A stretch of 64,000 bases of DNA from Escherichia phage ST2: the sequence record OM982647. One strand, given 5' to 3'. Within the stretch, counting starts at the first letter, position 1. Every line of letters starts with the position of its first letter. Under the pieces are notes generated by a model that was not told where the DNA came from, made no database searches, and worked only from the letters and a program-made list of their open reading frames with translations. The position numbers were made by a program, and so were the translations under genes. Positions 19,404 through 31,700 of the stretch are shown here, one piece after another.

Positions 19404-20579
19404 TTAGAAATATTTTTTGTATGAATTGATTACATTTTGGTCTACATCATTATCAATTTGTGCGACAAGATAAGAACTGATTTCAACTTCCTGAGGAGCT
19501 GCTTGAACTAAATCAGAGTTCAGATATTCACGAATCCAAGGATACGGATGTTTGGTCGGAGCATCAGTGATTGGGCATGGCAAACCACACTGTTTCATAC
19601 GAGACACAGTCAAGTAATCAACAAAAGCACACATACTCTGCGTATTGATACCCGGACATGTACCATCTTTAAAGAGGTGTGCAGCCCATTCCTTCTCTTG
19701 TCTATTTACTTCCATAAAAATGTCAACTGCTTCTTGTTCACATTCTTTAGCAATTTGAACCCACTCATCACCATCGGTACCGGACTGAAGTTGACGGATA
19801 ATGTACTGAGTACCCTTGAGGTGGAGTTGTTCGTCGCGAGCAATGAACTTCATAATCTTTGCATTACCTTCCATAATTTCCATATTTTTATGGAAGTTGA
19901 AAGTACATGCAAATGATACGTAAAAACGAATAGCTTCTAAGGCGTTGATAACATGCAAACAGAGATAAAGAGACTTCATTAAATCACGCTTGGCGTTAAA
20001 CATTATTTCTTCGTACATCTCAATATCATTCTGCTGGCATGAGCCTATTGAATACTCATAATTTTCCTTAGCATTTTCCCAATGACGAGTCTTGACTAGA
20101 ACATCATCATAATATTTGCCGATTGATTCCGCACGTTTCATAATTGCTTCATCTAATACAATCTCATCAAATACCTTCGATGGATCAGTATAAAGATTTC
20201 GCATGATATGAGTATATGAACGAGAGTGAATGGTTTCACTGAATGTCCATGTAGCAACCCATGTATCTAATGAAGGGTCGGAAAGCAATGCCATAAGTAC
20301 CGCAGATGGTGCCCTGCCTTGGATAGAATCCAATAATGATTGATACTTAAGGTTGTTCGTAAAGATGTTCTGTTGGAACTGTGGAAGCTTATTGAACTGC
20401 GCAGAGTCCAACATCAAGTTTACCTCTTCAGGGCGCCAAAAAAACGACAATTGCTTTTCAATAAGCTCTTCAAAAACTTTATGGCGTTGAATATCGTAAC
20501 GCGCCAGACCAAGACCGGAACCGAAGAACATTGGTTCATTCAAAACATCAACTTTTTGGGTATTAAAAACTGTACTCAT
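19404..20579 (-). CDS. nrdB: Ribonucleotide reductase small subunit (uninterrupted)
   Basis: 391 aa; di-iron/tyrosyl radical family features; contiguous ORF, no intron. Confidence 0.9.
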   Translation of the reverse strand: MSTVFNTQKVDVLNEPMFFGSGLGLARYDIQRHKVFEELIEKQLSFFWRPEEVNLMLDSAQFNKLPQFQQNIFTNNLKYQSLLDSIQGRAPSAVLMALLSDPSLDTWVATWTFSETIHSRSYTHIMRNLYTDPSKVFDEIVLDEAIMKRAESIGKYYDDVLVKTRHWENAKENYEYSIGSCQQNDIEMYEEIMFNAKRDLMKSLYLCLHVINALEAIRFYVSFACTFNFHKNMEIMEGNAKIMKFIARDEQLHLKGTQYIIRQLQSGTDGDEWVQIAKECEQEAVDIFMEVNRQEKEWAAHLFKDGTCPGINTQSMCAFVDYLTVSRMKQCGLPCPITDAPTKHPYPWIREYLNSDLVQAAPQEVEISSYLVAQIDNDVDQNVINSYKKYF

Positions 20580-20629
20580 TATATTCTCTCAATAGTGACT
20601 CATCCATGAGTCAATTATAAACAAAATTC

Positions 20630-22885
20630 TTAAAGCTTACAAGCGGAGCAATCTTCAGCTTTAGGCGTTTCTAACTCATAGTCATCTGTACCAGAACCAT
20701 CTCGAGTGTTATGATAGTAAAGGTTCTTACCACCAAAGTACCAGAAGTAAAGCAAGTCATCAAGCATTACAGACATTGGCACTTTGCCTTTCTCAAAGAC
20801 TGAAGGGTCGTAGTATGTATTAGCAGAAGCAGATTGGCACACCCATTTTAACATGATAACAACTTGTGTCAGATAAGGCTTATTACCTTTCTTAGCGAGT
20901 TTCCACGCATAGTCATAAAGACCCATGTTGTGTTCAATATTAGGAACTACTTGACGGAAATTACCTTCTTTAGATTCTTTAATACTTACTGGGCCACGAG
21001 GTGGTTCAATACCATTTGTGCTATTTGAGACCTGGCTGCTTGATTCGCATGGCATGAGAGCACTGAGTGTACTGTTACGAATCCCGTGTTCTTTAAGTTC
21101 GGCTCGTAGTTCTTCCCAATCACATACATAGTTTGGGGCTGCGATTTGGTCAATCTTTTTATTGTACCAGTCGATAGGTAATTCGCCTCGAGACCATTTA
21201 GTGTCTGAATAATACTCGCAACGTCCTTTTTCTTTGGCAAGTTTGATTGACGCTTTGATAAGGCCATATTGTAATCTCTCAAACAATTCATGAGTCAAAT
21301 CGTTAGCATCTTCATATGAAGCAAAGTTAGAAGCTAACCAGGCTGCATAGTTAGTAACACCAACACCTAGGTTTCGACGCTTTTTAGCTTTTAAAGCTTC
21401 TGGAACCGGATAATCTTGATAGTCTAACAAGTTATCAAGTGCACGTACTTGCACTTCAGCAAGTTCATTAATTTTATCTTGGTCTTGCCAATCAAATTTA
21501 TCAAGAACAAAAGCAGAAAGAGTGCAAAGTCCAATTTCTGCGTCAGGACTATTAACATCATTAGTTGGAATAGCTATTTCACAACATAGATTGCTCTGAC
21601 GAATAGGAGCTTTTTCACGAATAAATGGAGTGTAGTTATTTGTGTTATCAACAAACTGTGGATAAATTCGAGCAGTGCCAGAACGTTCAGTCATGAACAA
21701 TTCAAAGAGTTCTAGTGCTTTGATTCTTTTCTTTCTGATTGTTGGATCTTTTTCAGCTTTCTCATAAAGCTCACGGAATTTATCTTGATCTTCAAAGAAC
21801 GAGTAGTATAGTTCGCCTGACATTTCGTGAGGGCTAAATAAAGTAATATAATCATTTTTACCAAGGCGTTCCATCATAAGGTCATTAATCTGAATTCCGT
21901 AGTCCATATGTCGAATACGGTTTTCATCCACGCCTTTGTTATTTTTCAGAACTAATAGGTTCTCTACTTCTAAGTGCCACATCGGATAATACGCTGTAGC
22001 AGCACCGCCACGAATACCACCTTGAGAACAAGATTTTACTGCAGTTTGGAAATGTTTCCAGAATGGAATAACACCCGTATGTCGAACTTCACCCATACCG
22101 ATCTTAGAACCTTCCGCACGAAGCATACCAACGTTGATACCGATACCAGCTCGTTTAGAAATATATTCGATAATTGATGCTGAAGTTTTGTTAATAGATT
22201 TTAACGAATCACCAGCTTCAATAACTACACAACTAGAGAACTGGCGAGTCGGAGTACGAGCACCTGCCATAATTGGAGTAGGCAATGAAACTTGATGAGT
22301 AGAAACGGCATCATAAAAACGAATAATATGTTTCAAACGGTCACGAGTTTCGTCTTGATGTAAAGCCATGCCAATAGCCATAATAGCAAACTGTGGAGTT
22401 TCATAAATCTTCCCAGTTGTTTTATCTTTAACTAGATATTTTTCTTTAAGCTGCATAGCGCCAGCATAAGTCAGGTCAAAGTCTCGTTCATGTTTAATCT
22501 GTGAATCGAGATAAATGATTTCTTCTGCAGAATATCTAGACAACAACTCAGGGTCGTATTTGCCTTCATTAACACAATAAGAAATATGGTCGATAAAAGC
22601 AGGCGGTTCAAACTGCCCATATACATCTTTACGAAGTGCAAACATTAGCCCTTTGGCGGCGACATACTGATAATCAGGTTCTTCGACAGAAATCGAGTTA
22701 GCTGCAACTTTAATACAAATCTTCTGGATATCTTTGGTGCTCATCCCATCAACAAGATGGGTCTTAATTTCTTCGTACAATTCATATGGGTCAATTTGTG
22801 TTCCTTCACATTGCCAAGTTAATACTTGAATAATTTTCTGTGCATCAAAATTTTGGGATACACCACTGCTCTTAGTTACTTGCAT
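20630..22885 (-). CDS. nrdA: Ribonucleotide reductase large subunit
   Basis: 751 aa; ATP-cone N-terminus, catalytic Cys region NLCCEIA, C-terminal CSACKL. Confidence 0.9.
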   Translation of the reverse strand: MQVTKSSGVSQNFDAQKIIQVLTWQCEGTQIDPYELYEEIKTHLVDGMSTKDIQKICIKVAANSISVEEPDYQYVAAKGLMFALRKDVYGQFEPPAFIDHISYCVNEGKYDPELLSRYSAEEIIYLDSQIKHERDFDLTYAGAMQLKEKYLVKDKTTGKIYETPQFAIMAIGMALHQDETRDRLKHIIRFYDAVSTHQVSLPTPIMAGARTPTRQFSSCVVIEAGDSLKSINKTSASIIEYISKRAGIGINVGMLRAEGSKIGMGEVRHTGVIPFWKHFQTAVKSCSQGGIRGGAATAYYPMWHLEVENLLVLKNNKGVDENRIRHMDYGIQINDLMMERLGKNDYITLFSPHEMSGELYYSFFEDQDKFRELYEKAEKDPTIRKKRIKALELFELFMTERSGTARIYPQFVDNTNNYTPFIREKAPIRQSNLCCEIAIPTNDVNSPDAEIGLCTLSAFVLDKFDWQDQDKINELAEVQVRALDNLLDYQDYPVPEALKAKKRRNLGVGVTNYAAWLASNFASYEDANDLTHELFERLQYGLIKASIKLAKEKGRCEYYSDTKWSRGELPIDWYNKKIDQIAAPNYVCDWEELRAELKEHGIRNSTLSALMPCESSSQVSNSTNGIEPPRGPVSIKESKEGNFRQVVPNIEHNMGLYDYAWKLAKKGNKPYLTQVVIMLKWVCQSASANTYYDPSVFEKGKVPMSVMLDDLLYFWYFGGKNLYYHNTRDGSGTDDYELETPKAEDCSACKL

Positions 22886-22972
22886 ATATTCCTCAGTATA
22901 GGTTGATAGACATTACTCCAAACGGGATAGTATTTATCCCGTTAATTTATTATACACTTTTAAACTGAAGCG

Positions 22973-23227
22973 TTAATTATCCTCAGCAATAATTTCTTTA
23001 TATTCTTTAGGAGTCAAGACCGTGATATCGAAATAAACCAATGGTTCTTTTTCCATACCGTAACCACCACAAAATTCACGATATTCATAAATTCGTTCGT
23101 GTGAATGACAAATGAATCGTTCACCTTTAACTGTGATTTCACTATTCGGTGAAGGGATATCTAGTTCGGTAGGATTTTTCATTTCAAAAATTGTGGTGCC
23201 ATATGAATTAATAAAACGTAAAATCAT
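22973..23227 (-). CDS. Hypothetical protein
   Basis: 84-aa ORF between td and nrdA. Confidence 0.45.
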   Translation of the reverse strand: MILRFINSYGTTIFEMKNPTELDIPSPNSEITVKGERFICHSHERIYEYREFCGGYGMEKEPLVYFDITVLTPKEYKEIIAEDN

Positions 23228-24923
<1,696 letters not shown>

Positions 24924-24947
24924 TTTATTCTCCTTCACTTTTATTTG

Positions 24948-24990
24948 ATAGGGCTACTATAACATAGCCCTATCTTGTTATAAACTACTT
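24948..24990 (-). promoter_or_regulatory. Early promoter with 9-bp palindrome ATAGGGCTA/TAGCCCTAT flanking -10
   Basis: GTTTATA, 17-nt spacer, TATAGT. Confidence 0.45.
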
Positions 24991-25377
24991 TTTAAAAGTT
25001 TTTTGCAAAAGTTCGATGATTTCGTCGACGTTGGTTTCATCTACGATACAATGGATTTTTGTTACACCTAAAGTTATACCTTCGTTAGAAGGTTGAGGCT
25101 TTACTAAATCTACCTCAGTAAAGTATTTGAACTCGTCAGGATAAATCTCAAAATAAGTTTCAATTTCACCACCGGCAGAACATACAGTACCATCTTCCAT
25201 AGTTACACTTACTACGTTTGACGTATCGCTATCATAATCAGGTTCCATTCCGTTTACAACAAAACTAGGCCCGTGGAGTTCAATCAATTTTAACATCTTA
25301 GCGTTATTGTGTGGTGCTTCTTGAACAAAGTCATCTTTAAATAAAGGGTTAATGATATAAGATTTTCCGATTTCCAT
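24985..25377 (-). CDS. Hypothetical protein
   Basis: 130-aa ORF, SD GAGGAAATC. Confidence 0.45.
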   Translation of the reverse strand: MEIGKSYIINPLFKDDFVQEAPHNNAKMLKLIELHGPSFVVNGMEPDYDSDTSNVVSVTMEDGTVCSAGGEIETYFEIYPDEFKYFTEVDLVKPQPSNEGITLGVTKIHCIVDETNVDEIIELLQKTFKK

Positions 25378-25466
25378 TTTGATTTCCTCATGTTGTTGAT
25401 AAGTCTATACTAACACATCCAGGGAAGAAGTAAACAACTTTTTAGGCAATTTACAGATACTCAAAA

Positions 25467-25484
25467 GGGAGACCGAAGTCTCCC
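25467..25484 (-). terminator. UUCG-tetraloop intrinsic terminator after gene 32
   Basis: GGGAGAC-CGAA-GTCTCCC then U-run on transcript. Confidence 0.6.
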
Positions 25485-25490
25485 GATTTA

Positions 25491-26390
25491 TTATAGACCA
25501 GCTAACAGGTCATCGAGGTCGCCATCATCAGAGGATGAGGTAGAGCTCATGAAGTCGTCTTCAGTTTTTGCAGAACTAAAGGCTTCCATGTCTTTATCAA
25601 AATCGTCAAGGTCAGAAGCAACTTTATCTGCAACAGAAGCTGCGGCTGCTGCACCACCAAGAGCGGCAGTACCAAGAACCTTAGCGAAAGATTCATTTAA
25701 TTTTTCAAAGGATTTAAACTGGTCTTTAGCCGTCAAAGTAGTAAGATCTACCATCTGGTCATATAGTTCTTTCTGGAATGCTTCATCATTAATACGAGGA
25801 ATTTCAGATTGACCCAAGAATTTAGATTCATCATAGTTGCTAAAACCGGAAACCTGCTTAGCTTTCAGAACGAAGTTAGCACCTTCAAACGGACAAGTAA
25901 CATCAACTGGAGTTTCACCCATTTCGGTATCAACTGCAATCATTGCATTGATTTTGTCCCAAATCTTTTTACCGAAACGATATTTAAATACTTTACCTTC
26001 GTTATCTGGAGCTTGAGGGTCTTTAACAACCAGAATATTAGCCCAATAAGAAGTTTTACGTTTCAGTTGAGAATATTCATTTTTGTTGGTATTGTACAGG
26101 TCATTTTTACTAATGTACTGACATACAGGACAAGAGTCGTAATCACCGTGTGTAGAAGAGCAATTTTCAATATACCATTTACCATTTTTCTTGAAACCAT
26201 GGTTAACAAGAATTGCAAATGGTAGTGCATCATCAGTTTTTGCTGGCAAGAAACGAATTACCGCTTGACCATTACCTGATGCATCTAGCTTCAGCTTCCA
26301 TTCGCCTTTATCTTCTGAAGAGAAACCTTTGTTACCGTTCAGTTTAGCCATTTGAGCAGCGAGGTCAGCAGTAGATTTACGTTTAAACAT
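25491..26390 (-). CDS. 32: Single-stranded DNA-binding protein
   Basis: 299 aa; [36 protein letters not shown]... near-identical to T4 gp32; acidic C-terminus. Confidence 0.95.
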   Translation of the reverse strand: MFKRKSTADLAAQMAKLNGNKGFSSEDKGEWKLKLDASGNGQAVIRFLPAKTDDALPFAILVNHGFKKNGKWYIENCSSTHGDYDSCPVCQYISKNDLYNTNKNEYSQLKRKTSYWANILVVKDPQAPDNEGKVFKYRFGKKIWDKINAMIAVDTEMGETPVDVTCPFEGANFVLKAKQVSGFSNYDESKFLGQSEIPRINDEAFQKELYDQMVDLTTLTAKDQFKSFEKLNESFAKVLGTAALGGAAAAASVADKVASDLDDFDKDMEAFSSAKTEDDFMSSTSSSDDGDLDDLLAGL

Positions 26391-26506
26391 TATATTTACC
26401 TTTATTTAGATTATTTAATTTATTTACAGTTGGTTGCTACGACACTTATACCTCGTAGCTGGTACGATTTATTTATAAAGTAATTTTAACACACAAGAAA
26501 TAAAGC
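26391..26506 (-). promoter_or_regulatory. Gene 32 leader: late promoter TATAAATA (26470..26477) plus structured AU-rich translational operator region
   Basis: 116-nt leader with 7-bp stem GCTACGA/TCGTAGC and AU-rich repeats upstream of start. Confidence 0.5.
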
Positions 26507-27160
26507 TTAATACTTACACGATTTGATTGTTTCTATGAACAATTTCTTAGCAGCATTTCCATCGATTTGAAGTATTTTTCGATATGCCTTTAATTTGGTA
26601 GAATAATTTTGCCAGACTAAGTTATCGGTGAGTTCGTCGTGCTTATCTATAATATTCAAGAATGAATCCAACAACAAGAAGGTTTCAAACGAAATTATAT
26701 TGCTTTGTAGCAATTTAAATATGTAGCTCGACTGAACTTTATTATTATAATCAAATATCTCTTGAAGCGCACTAACTTCAACTTTCTTACTGAAATAGTA
26801 GATGTTACGTACATCTTCAGCAAACGTCTCCTTGGCTTGTTTGAGACGTCCAATATATTCCCTATAGAAAACTAATGCATCAGCGTCTGATATCTCACCA
26901 ATCCATGCATCTTGGTTAGCAACTAAGTTACTGATGAATATCAAAGTGAGTTCCTTTAACTTATATTTCTCTGCTAGTTTCTCAAAGAAATATTTATCTC
27001 GGCGTTTTTGATACGCATTATCCGAAACACGCATGCACCAGTTATATTTGATTACGTCATACCGACCATTAAAATGTTGTTTGCACATCAAGTATAGTTT
27101 GTATACCGATTTTCCGTTAATATAACGTTCTCCATCAGGAGGCATGCGTATTTTAATCAT
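26507..27160 (-). CDS. 59: Helicase loader
   Basis: 217 aa; MIKIRMPPDGERYINGKSVYKLYLM... as T4 gp59. Confidence 0.85.
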   Translation of the reverse strand: MIKIRMPPDGERYINGKSVYKLYLMCKQHFNGRYDVIKYNWCMRVSDNAYQKRRDKYFFEKLAEKYKLKELTLIFISNLVANQDAWIGEISDADALVFYREYIGRLKQAKETFAEDVRNIYYFSKKVEVSALQEIFDYNNKVQSSYIFKLLQSNIISFETFLLLDSFLNIIDKHDELTDNLVWQNYSTKLKAYRKILQIDGNAAKKLFIETIKSCKY

Positions 27161-27495
27161 AATAAGAAATCTAACGTATTAGTTTTTTCACCACGAGCAA
27201 CTGATGGGCGAAGCATGTTTTCGTCAATTGCTTCGCTTGTAATTTTTTCAACAATTCCTGTAGGAATAAATTTAGCAAATTGTGTTTCTGGAATAGAATT
27301 TTCTTCCAAGAAAGCAGTTGTTGCTTCTAAATAAGACATACCAAATTTTTCAACCATGGATTCGATAATGAATCCGTTTTCTTGTCGGTCAAGCAATTTA
27401 GCGATATCATCTTTATCGTGTTTTACTGCTAATTCTTGTTCAGATAAACCGGCCTCATCAACCGGTTTAATATCACTTAGTGAAAACTGTGTCAT
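27157..27495 (-). CDS. 33: Late transcription co-activator
   Basis: 112 aa as in T4; position between dsbA and 59. Confidence 0.65.
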   Translation of the reverse strand: MTQFSLSDIKPVDEAGLSEQELAVKHDKDDIAKLLDRQENGFIIESMVEKFGMSYLEATTAFLEENSIPETQFAKFIPTGIVEKITSEAIDENMLRPSVARGEKTNTLDFLL

Positions 27496-27760
27496 AAAGC
27501 TCGACTACCTCTTCGTTTTCAGCTTCAAATTGGTCACGAGCGTCTTTATGATAAAGAGCTAACAAACGATTAAACATTTTTCCATCGACACCAAGCTCTT
27601 CTTTAGCACGAGTACGAATGTCTTTAATCAGTTCGTTATAACCAGAAATTTTAAGTTTGTTATCGGAAGCTTCCTTGACTAGTTTAGCCAGTTCTTCACC
27701 ATGCACATCTTGATTAAATTCAACTGCTTCTTTCTTAGCCATGTTTACCTCAGAATTCAT
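27473..27760 (-). CDS. dsbA: dsDNA-binding protein DsbA-like
   Basis: 95-aa ORF between rnh and 33. Confidence 0.55.
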   Translation of the reverse strand: MNSEVNMAKKEAVEFNQDVHGEELAKLVKEASDNKLKISGYNELIKDIRTRAKEELGVDGKMFNRLLALYHKDARDQFEAENEEVVELYDTVFTK

Positions 27761-28667
27761 TAATTACACTTGTTAATTTAGAAAGACCAGATTTTACAAA
27801 GTATGAATAAATCTTGCCTTTAGGTTGTTGTTTATATGAGTTATAATACTCTATAATGGTTGAAGCAATATTATCAGGGATATAATCAAAATCAATGAGA
27901 ACCAAATTTTCTTGGTACCGTTTATATTCTTCTGCACTTAATAATACTTCAGCTTGAGAACGATCATTGGCAATTGCTTCAATGATCGTTGTTTTCATGC
28001 TTGGAGTTCGTTCGCCTTCAACTCGAGTAAACCAGAAATCACCACGAACTCGAACAGACGCAACACCATCTTTACGGTCGCCTTTAAGAATTTTAGTCAT
28101 GCAATCAATTTCGGCAGAACCATTCTTAATTTTAACCCATTTTTTCTGCGGTGGTGACCACTGTTTAACGTTAGGGTATTTGTGTAATTGTGTAAAGTCA
28201 CCATCTGATGCAACAATACATACCTTATGACCAGCTAATGACAAATATTTAGTTAATACACCGATATGGTCATCCGCTTCATACTTGTCAATATCCATTA
28301 CAACGTATGGCATGTATTTCTTAATCTCATCAACAACTTGACGGAGCGCAGTAAAATATCCTTCCCAATCCCACTTTGAAGCTTCACGATCGGTTTTACG
28401 ATTTTTCTTGTAATAGTAAGCAAAGTCACGACGCCAATAACCTGAAGTAGCATTATCCATACACAATACAAATTTTGTATAGCCTTGCTTACGGAACATC
28501 ACTACGTTTTTACGAATTGAATTCAAGATTACATGGCGAACCATCGGAACAGTAATTTTATCGCCGTCTTCAAAGTTGTTTAATGCAGCTGCCAATGCAA
28601 TGTTACTAAAGTCGGCAAGTGCAATACCTTCTTTGTAATCTTCATCCAACATCATTTCTAAATCCAT
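27750..28667 (-). CDS. rnh: RNase H / 5'-3' exonuclease
   Basis: 305 aa as in T4; FEN-family acidic motifs (VVMDIDKYEADD, SDGDFTQL). Confidence 0.9.
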   Translation of the reverse strand: MDLEMMLDEDYKEGIALADFSNIALAAALNNFEDGDKITVPMVRHVILNSIRKNVVMFRKQGYTKFVLCMDNATSGYWRRDFAYYYKKNRKTDREASKWDWEGYFTALRQVVDEIKKYMPYVVMDIDKYEADDHIGVLTKYLSLAGHKVCIVASDGDFTQLHKYPNVKQWSPPQKKWVKIKNGSAEIDCMTKILKGDRKDGVASVRVRGDFWFTRVEGERTPSMKTTIIEAIANDRSQAEVLLSAEEYKRYQENLVLIDFDYIPDNIASTIIEYYNSYKQQPKGKIYSYFVKSGLSKLTSVINEF

Positions 28668-28745
28668 ATGAACCTCTTGTTCAGTTAGTCAACTTGGACT
28701 ATAGTAACATACTAGTTCGAAAGCGTAAATAGTCTTTTACTCATT

Positions 28746-28753
28746 TATAAATA
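28746..28753 (+). promoter_or_regulatory. Late promoter TATAAATA for gene 34
   Basis: Exact TATAAATA 35 nt upstream of ATG, SD AAGAGGA. Confidence 0.6.
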
Positions 28754-28787
28754 GTAAAATAGAACACATAATGATAAGAGGACTACC

Positions 28788-31700
28788 ATGGTTGACATCA
28801 AACGTAAGTTCAGGGCCGAAGATGGTCTTGACGCAGGCGGTGATAAGATAGTTAACGTTGCGCTTGCTGACCGCACAGTTGGCACCGATGGCGTGAACGT
28901 TGACTTTTTGGTGCAAGAAAACACCGTACAGAATTATGACGATACGCGCGCGTATACAAAAGATTTTATTGTTCTTTATGATAATCGTTTTTATCAAGCT
29001 TTAAGCGATATTCCAGCTCCGGCAGGCCCTTTCTCTTTGGCTAAATGGAAGGCAACTCGTACAGATGCAGAATGGATTACAGTTCAAGGCGGAGATTTCC
29101 AATTATCAGTAGGTAACTCTATTGCGGTTGATACTTCAGCTGGCACTGATATTAATTTCACTTTGCCTCAAAATCCTTTAGATGGCGATACAGTTATTTT
29201 GTCTGATATTGGCGGTAGAGTAGGCTATGTAAAAGTTCAAATTACTGCAGCGGCTCAAAGTATTGTAGACTTTAGAGGACAACAGGTTCGTTCAGTTTTA
29301 ATGACGCACCCAAAATCTAAAATGGTCTTCATTTTTAGCAACCGCCTATGGCAAATGTATGTTTCTGATTACGAACGTAATGCAGTCACAGTAACTCCTG
29401 CCACGCCATATCAAGCGCAACCTAATGATTTTATCATTCGACGTTTTACATCAGCCGCTCCTATTAATATTACATTGCCTCGTAATGCTAATAATGGCGA
29501 TATTATTAATTTAGTGGATTTAGACAAATTAAACCCATTATATCACACAATTGTCAAAACTTACGATGAAACAACTTCTATACGAGAAGCTGGTGTTCAT
29601 GTAGCAGAAGGACGTAATACTGCGGAAGCATTCTTTGTTTATGATTCTGCCAATAGTTTATGGCGTGTTTGGGAAGGTGACCAGAAATCTCGTTTACGTA
29701 TAGTTCGTAATGATACTGATTTACGCCCTAATGAAGAAGTTCTTGTTTTTGGAACTAATAATGATACAATCTCGACGGTAAATCTTACTTTGCCTACAGA
29801 TATTTTGTCTGGCGATACTGTTAAAATATCGTTGAATTATATGCGTAAAGGGCAAACTGTAAAAATTAAAGCTGCTGAAGGCGATACAATTGCTAGCAGT
29901 ATTTCTTTATTACAGTTCCCAAAACGTTCGGAGTATCCACCTGATGCACAATGGGTTTCTGTTAGTGAGCTGGAATTTAATGGTGATACTTCGTATGTAC
30001 CTGTACTTGAGTTATCTTATATAGAAGATTATTCATCTGAAACAAAATATTGGGTAGTTCAACAAAACACCGTAACCGTCGAACGAGTCGATGCATCGAG
30101 CAATACCACTCGAGCTCGTTTAGGTGTTATTGCTCTTGCTTCTCAAGCGCAAGCAAATGTCGATTTAGAAAATGCTCCTGGTAAAGAACTGGCTATTACT
30201 CCGGAAACATTAGCAAATCGTACAGCAACTGAAACTCGTCGTGGTATTGCTCGTATTGCAACAACTGCACAAGTTAACCAGAATACCGATTTTGCATTCC
30301 AAGACGACTTGATTATTTCTCCTAAGAAATTGAACGAACGTACAGCAACCGAAACCCGTAGAGGTGTTGCTGAAGTTGCAACTCAGGCTGAAACTAATGC
30401 CGGAACAGATGACACCACTATTATTACTCCTAAGAAATTGGATGCCCGTCAAGGTTCTGAAGTTTTATCTGGTATTGTAAAATACACATCTACGACTGGT
30501 ACTACAGCTGCTACTATTCGTGGTAATGCTGGGACTAACGTTTATAACAAAGCCGTAGATAATTTAACTATTTCTCCAAAGGCCCTTGACCAATATAAAG
30601 CTACCCCTACTCAGCAGGGTGCAGTAATTCTTGCTATTGAAAGTGAAGTTATCGCTGGCGAATCACAGGCCGGTTGGGCTAATGCTGTAGTGACCCCTGA
30701 AACTCTGCATAAGAAAACTTCTACTGATGGACGTATTGGTTTAATTGAAATTGCTACGCAAGCAGAAACTAACACTGGAACTGATTATACTAGAGCAGTA
30801 ACGCCTAAGACGTTAAACGATAGGAAAGCTACGGAAGGATTATCTGGCATAGCCGAAATTGCTACGCAAGTTGAATTTGATACTGGAACTGATGATACTC
30901 GTATCTCGACTCCACTGAAAATTAAAACTCATTTTGATTCTTCTGACCGTACCAGTGTTAATTCTGATTCCGGACTTATTGAAGAAGGAACCTTGTGGAA
31001 CCATTATACTCTTGATATTTCTAAAGCAAATGAAACACAACGTGGTACACTTCGCGTAGCGACCCAGGCAGAATCTAATGCAGGAACTTTAGATGATGTT
31101 CTTATTACTCCTAAAAAGCTTTTAGGGACTAAGTCCACTGAAACGTCTGAAGGCGTAATTAAGGTTGCTACTCAGGCTGAAACTGTAACAGGAACTTCTG
31201 CTAATACTGCTGTATCACCTAAGAATTTAAAATGGATTGTTCAATCAGAACCATCATGGACTGCTACTACGGCAATTCGTGGATTCGTTAAAACTTCATC
31301 TGGTTCTATTACATTTGTTGGTAATGATACAGTTGGTTCAACACAATCTTTAGAATCATATGAGAAAAATAGCTATGCGGTATCACCATATGAATTAAAC
31401 CGTGTACTTGCTAACTACTTACCGTTGAAAGCTAAAGCAGCTGATAGTAATTTGTTAGATGGTCTAGATTCTCTTCAGTTCATCCGTAGAGACATCGACC
31501 AGACGGTTAATGGTTCTTTAAGTCTTACTAAACAGACCAACCTGAGTGCTCCTTTAGTATCTACAAGCACTGCTTCTTTTGGTTCCGAAGCATCTGTTAC
31601 TCGTAGATTAACTCTTAATGATTCTAGCGGTTCTGAAATAATTTTCACTAAAGGAACCCAATCTCTTAGTAATAAAGAGAATTTCGTTGTTAGAGCATGG

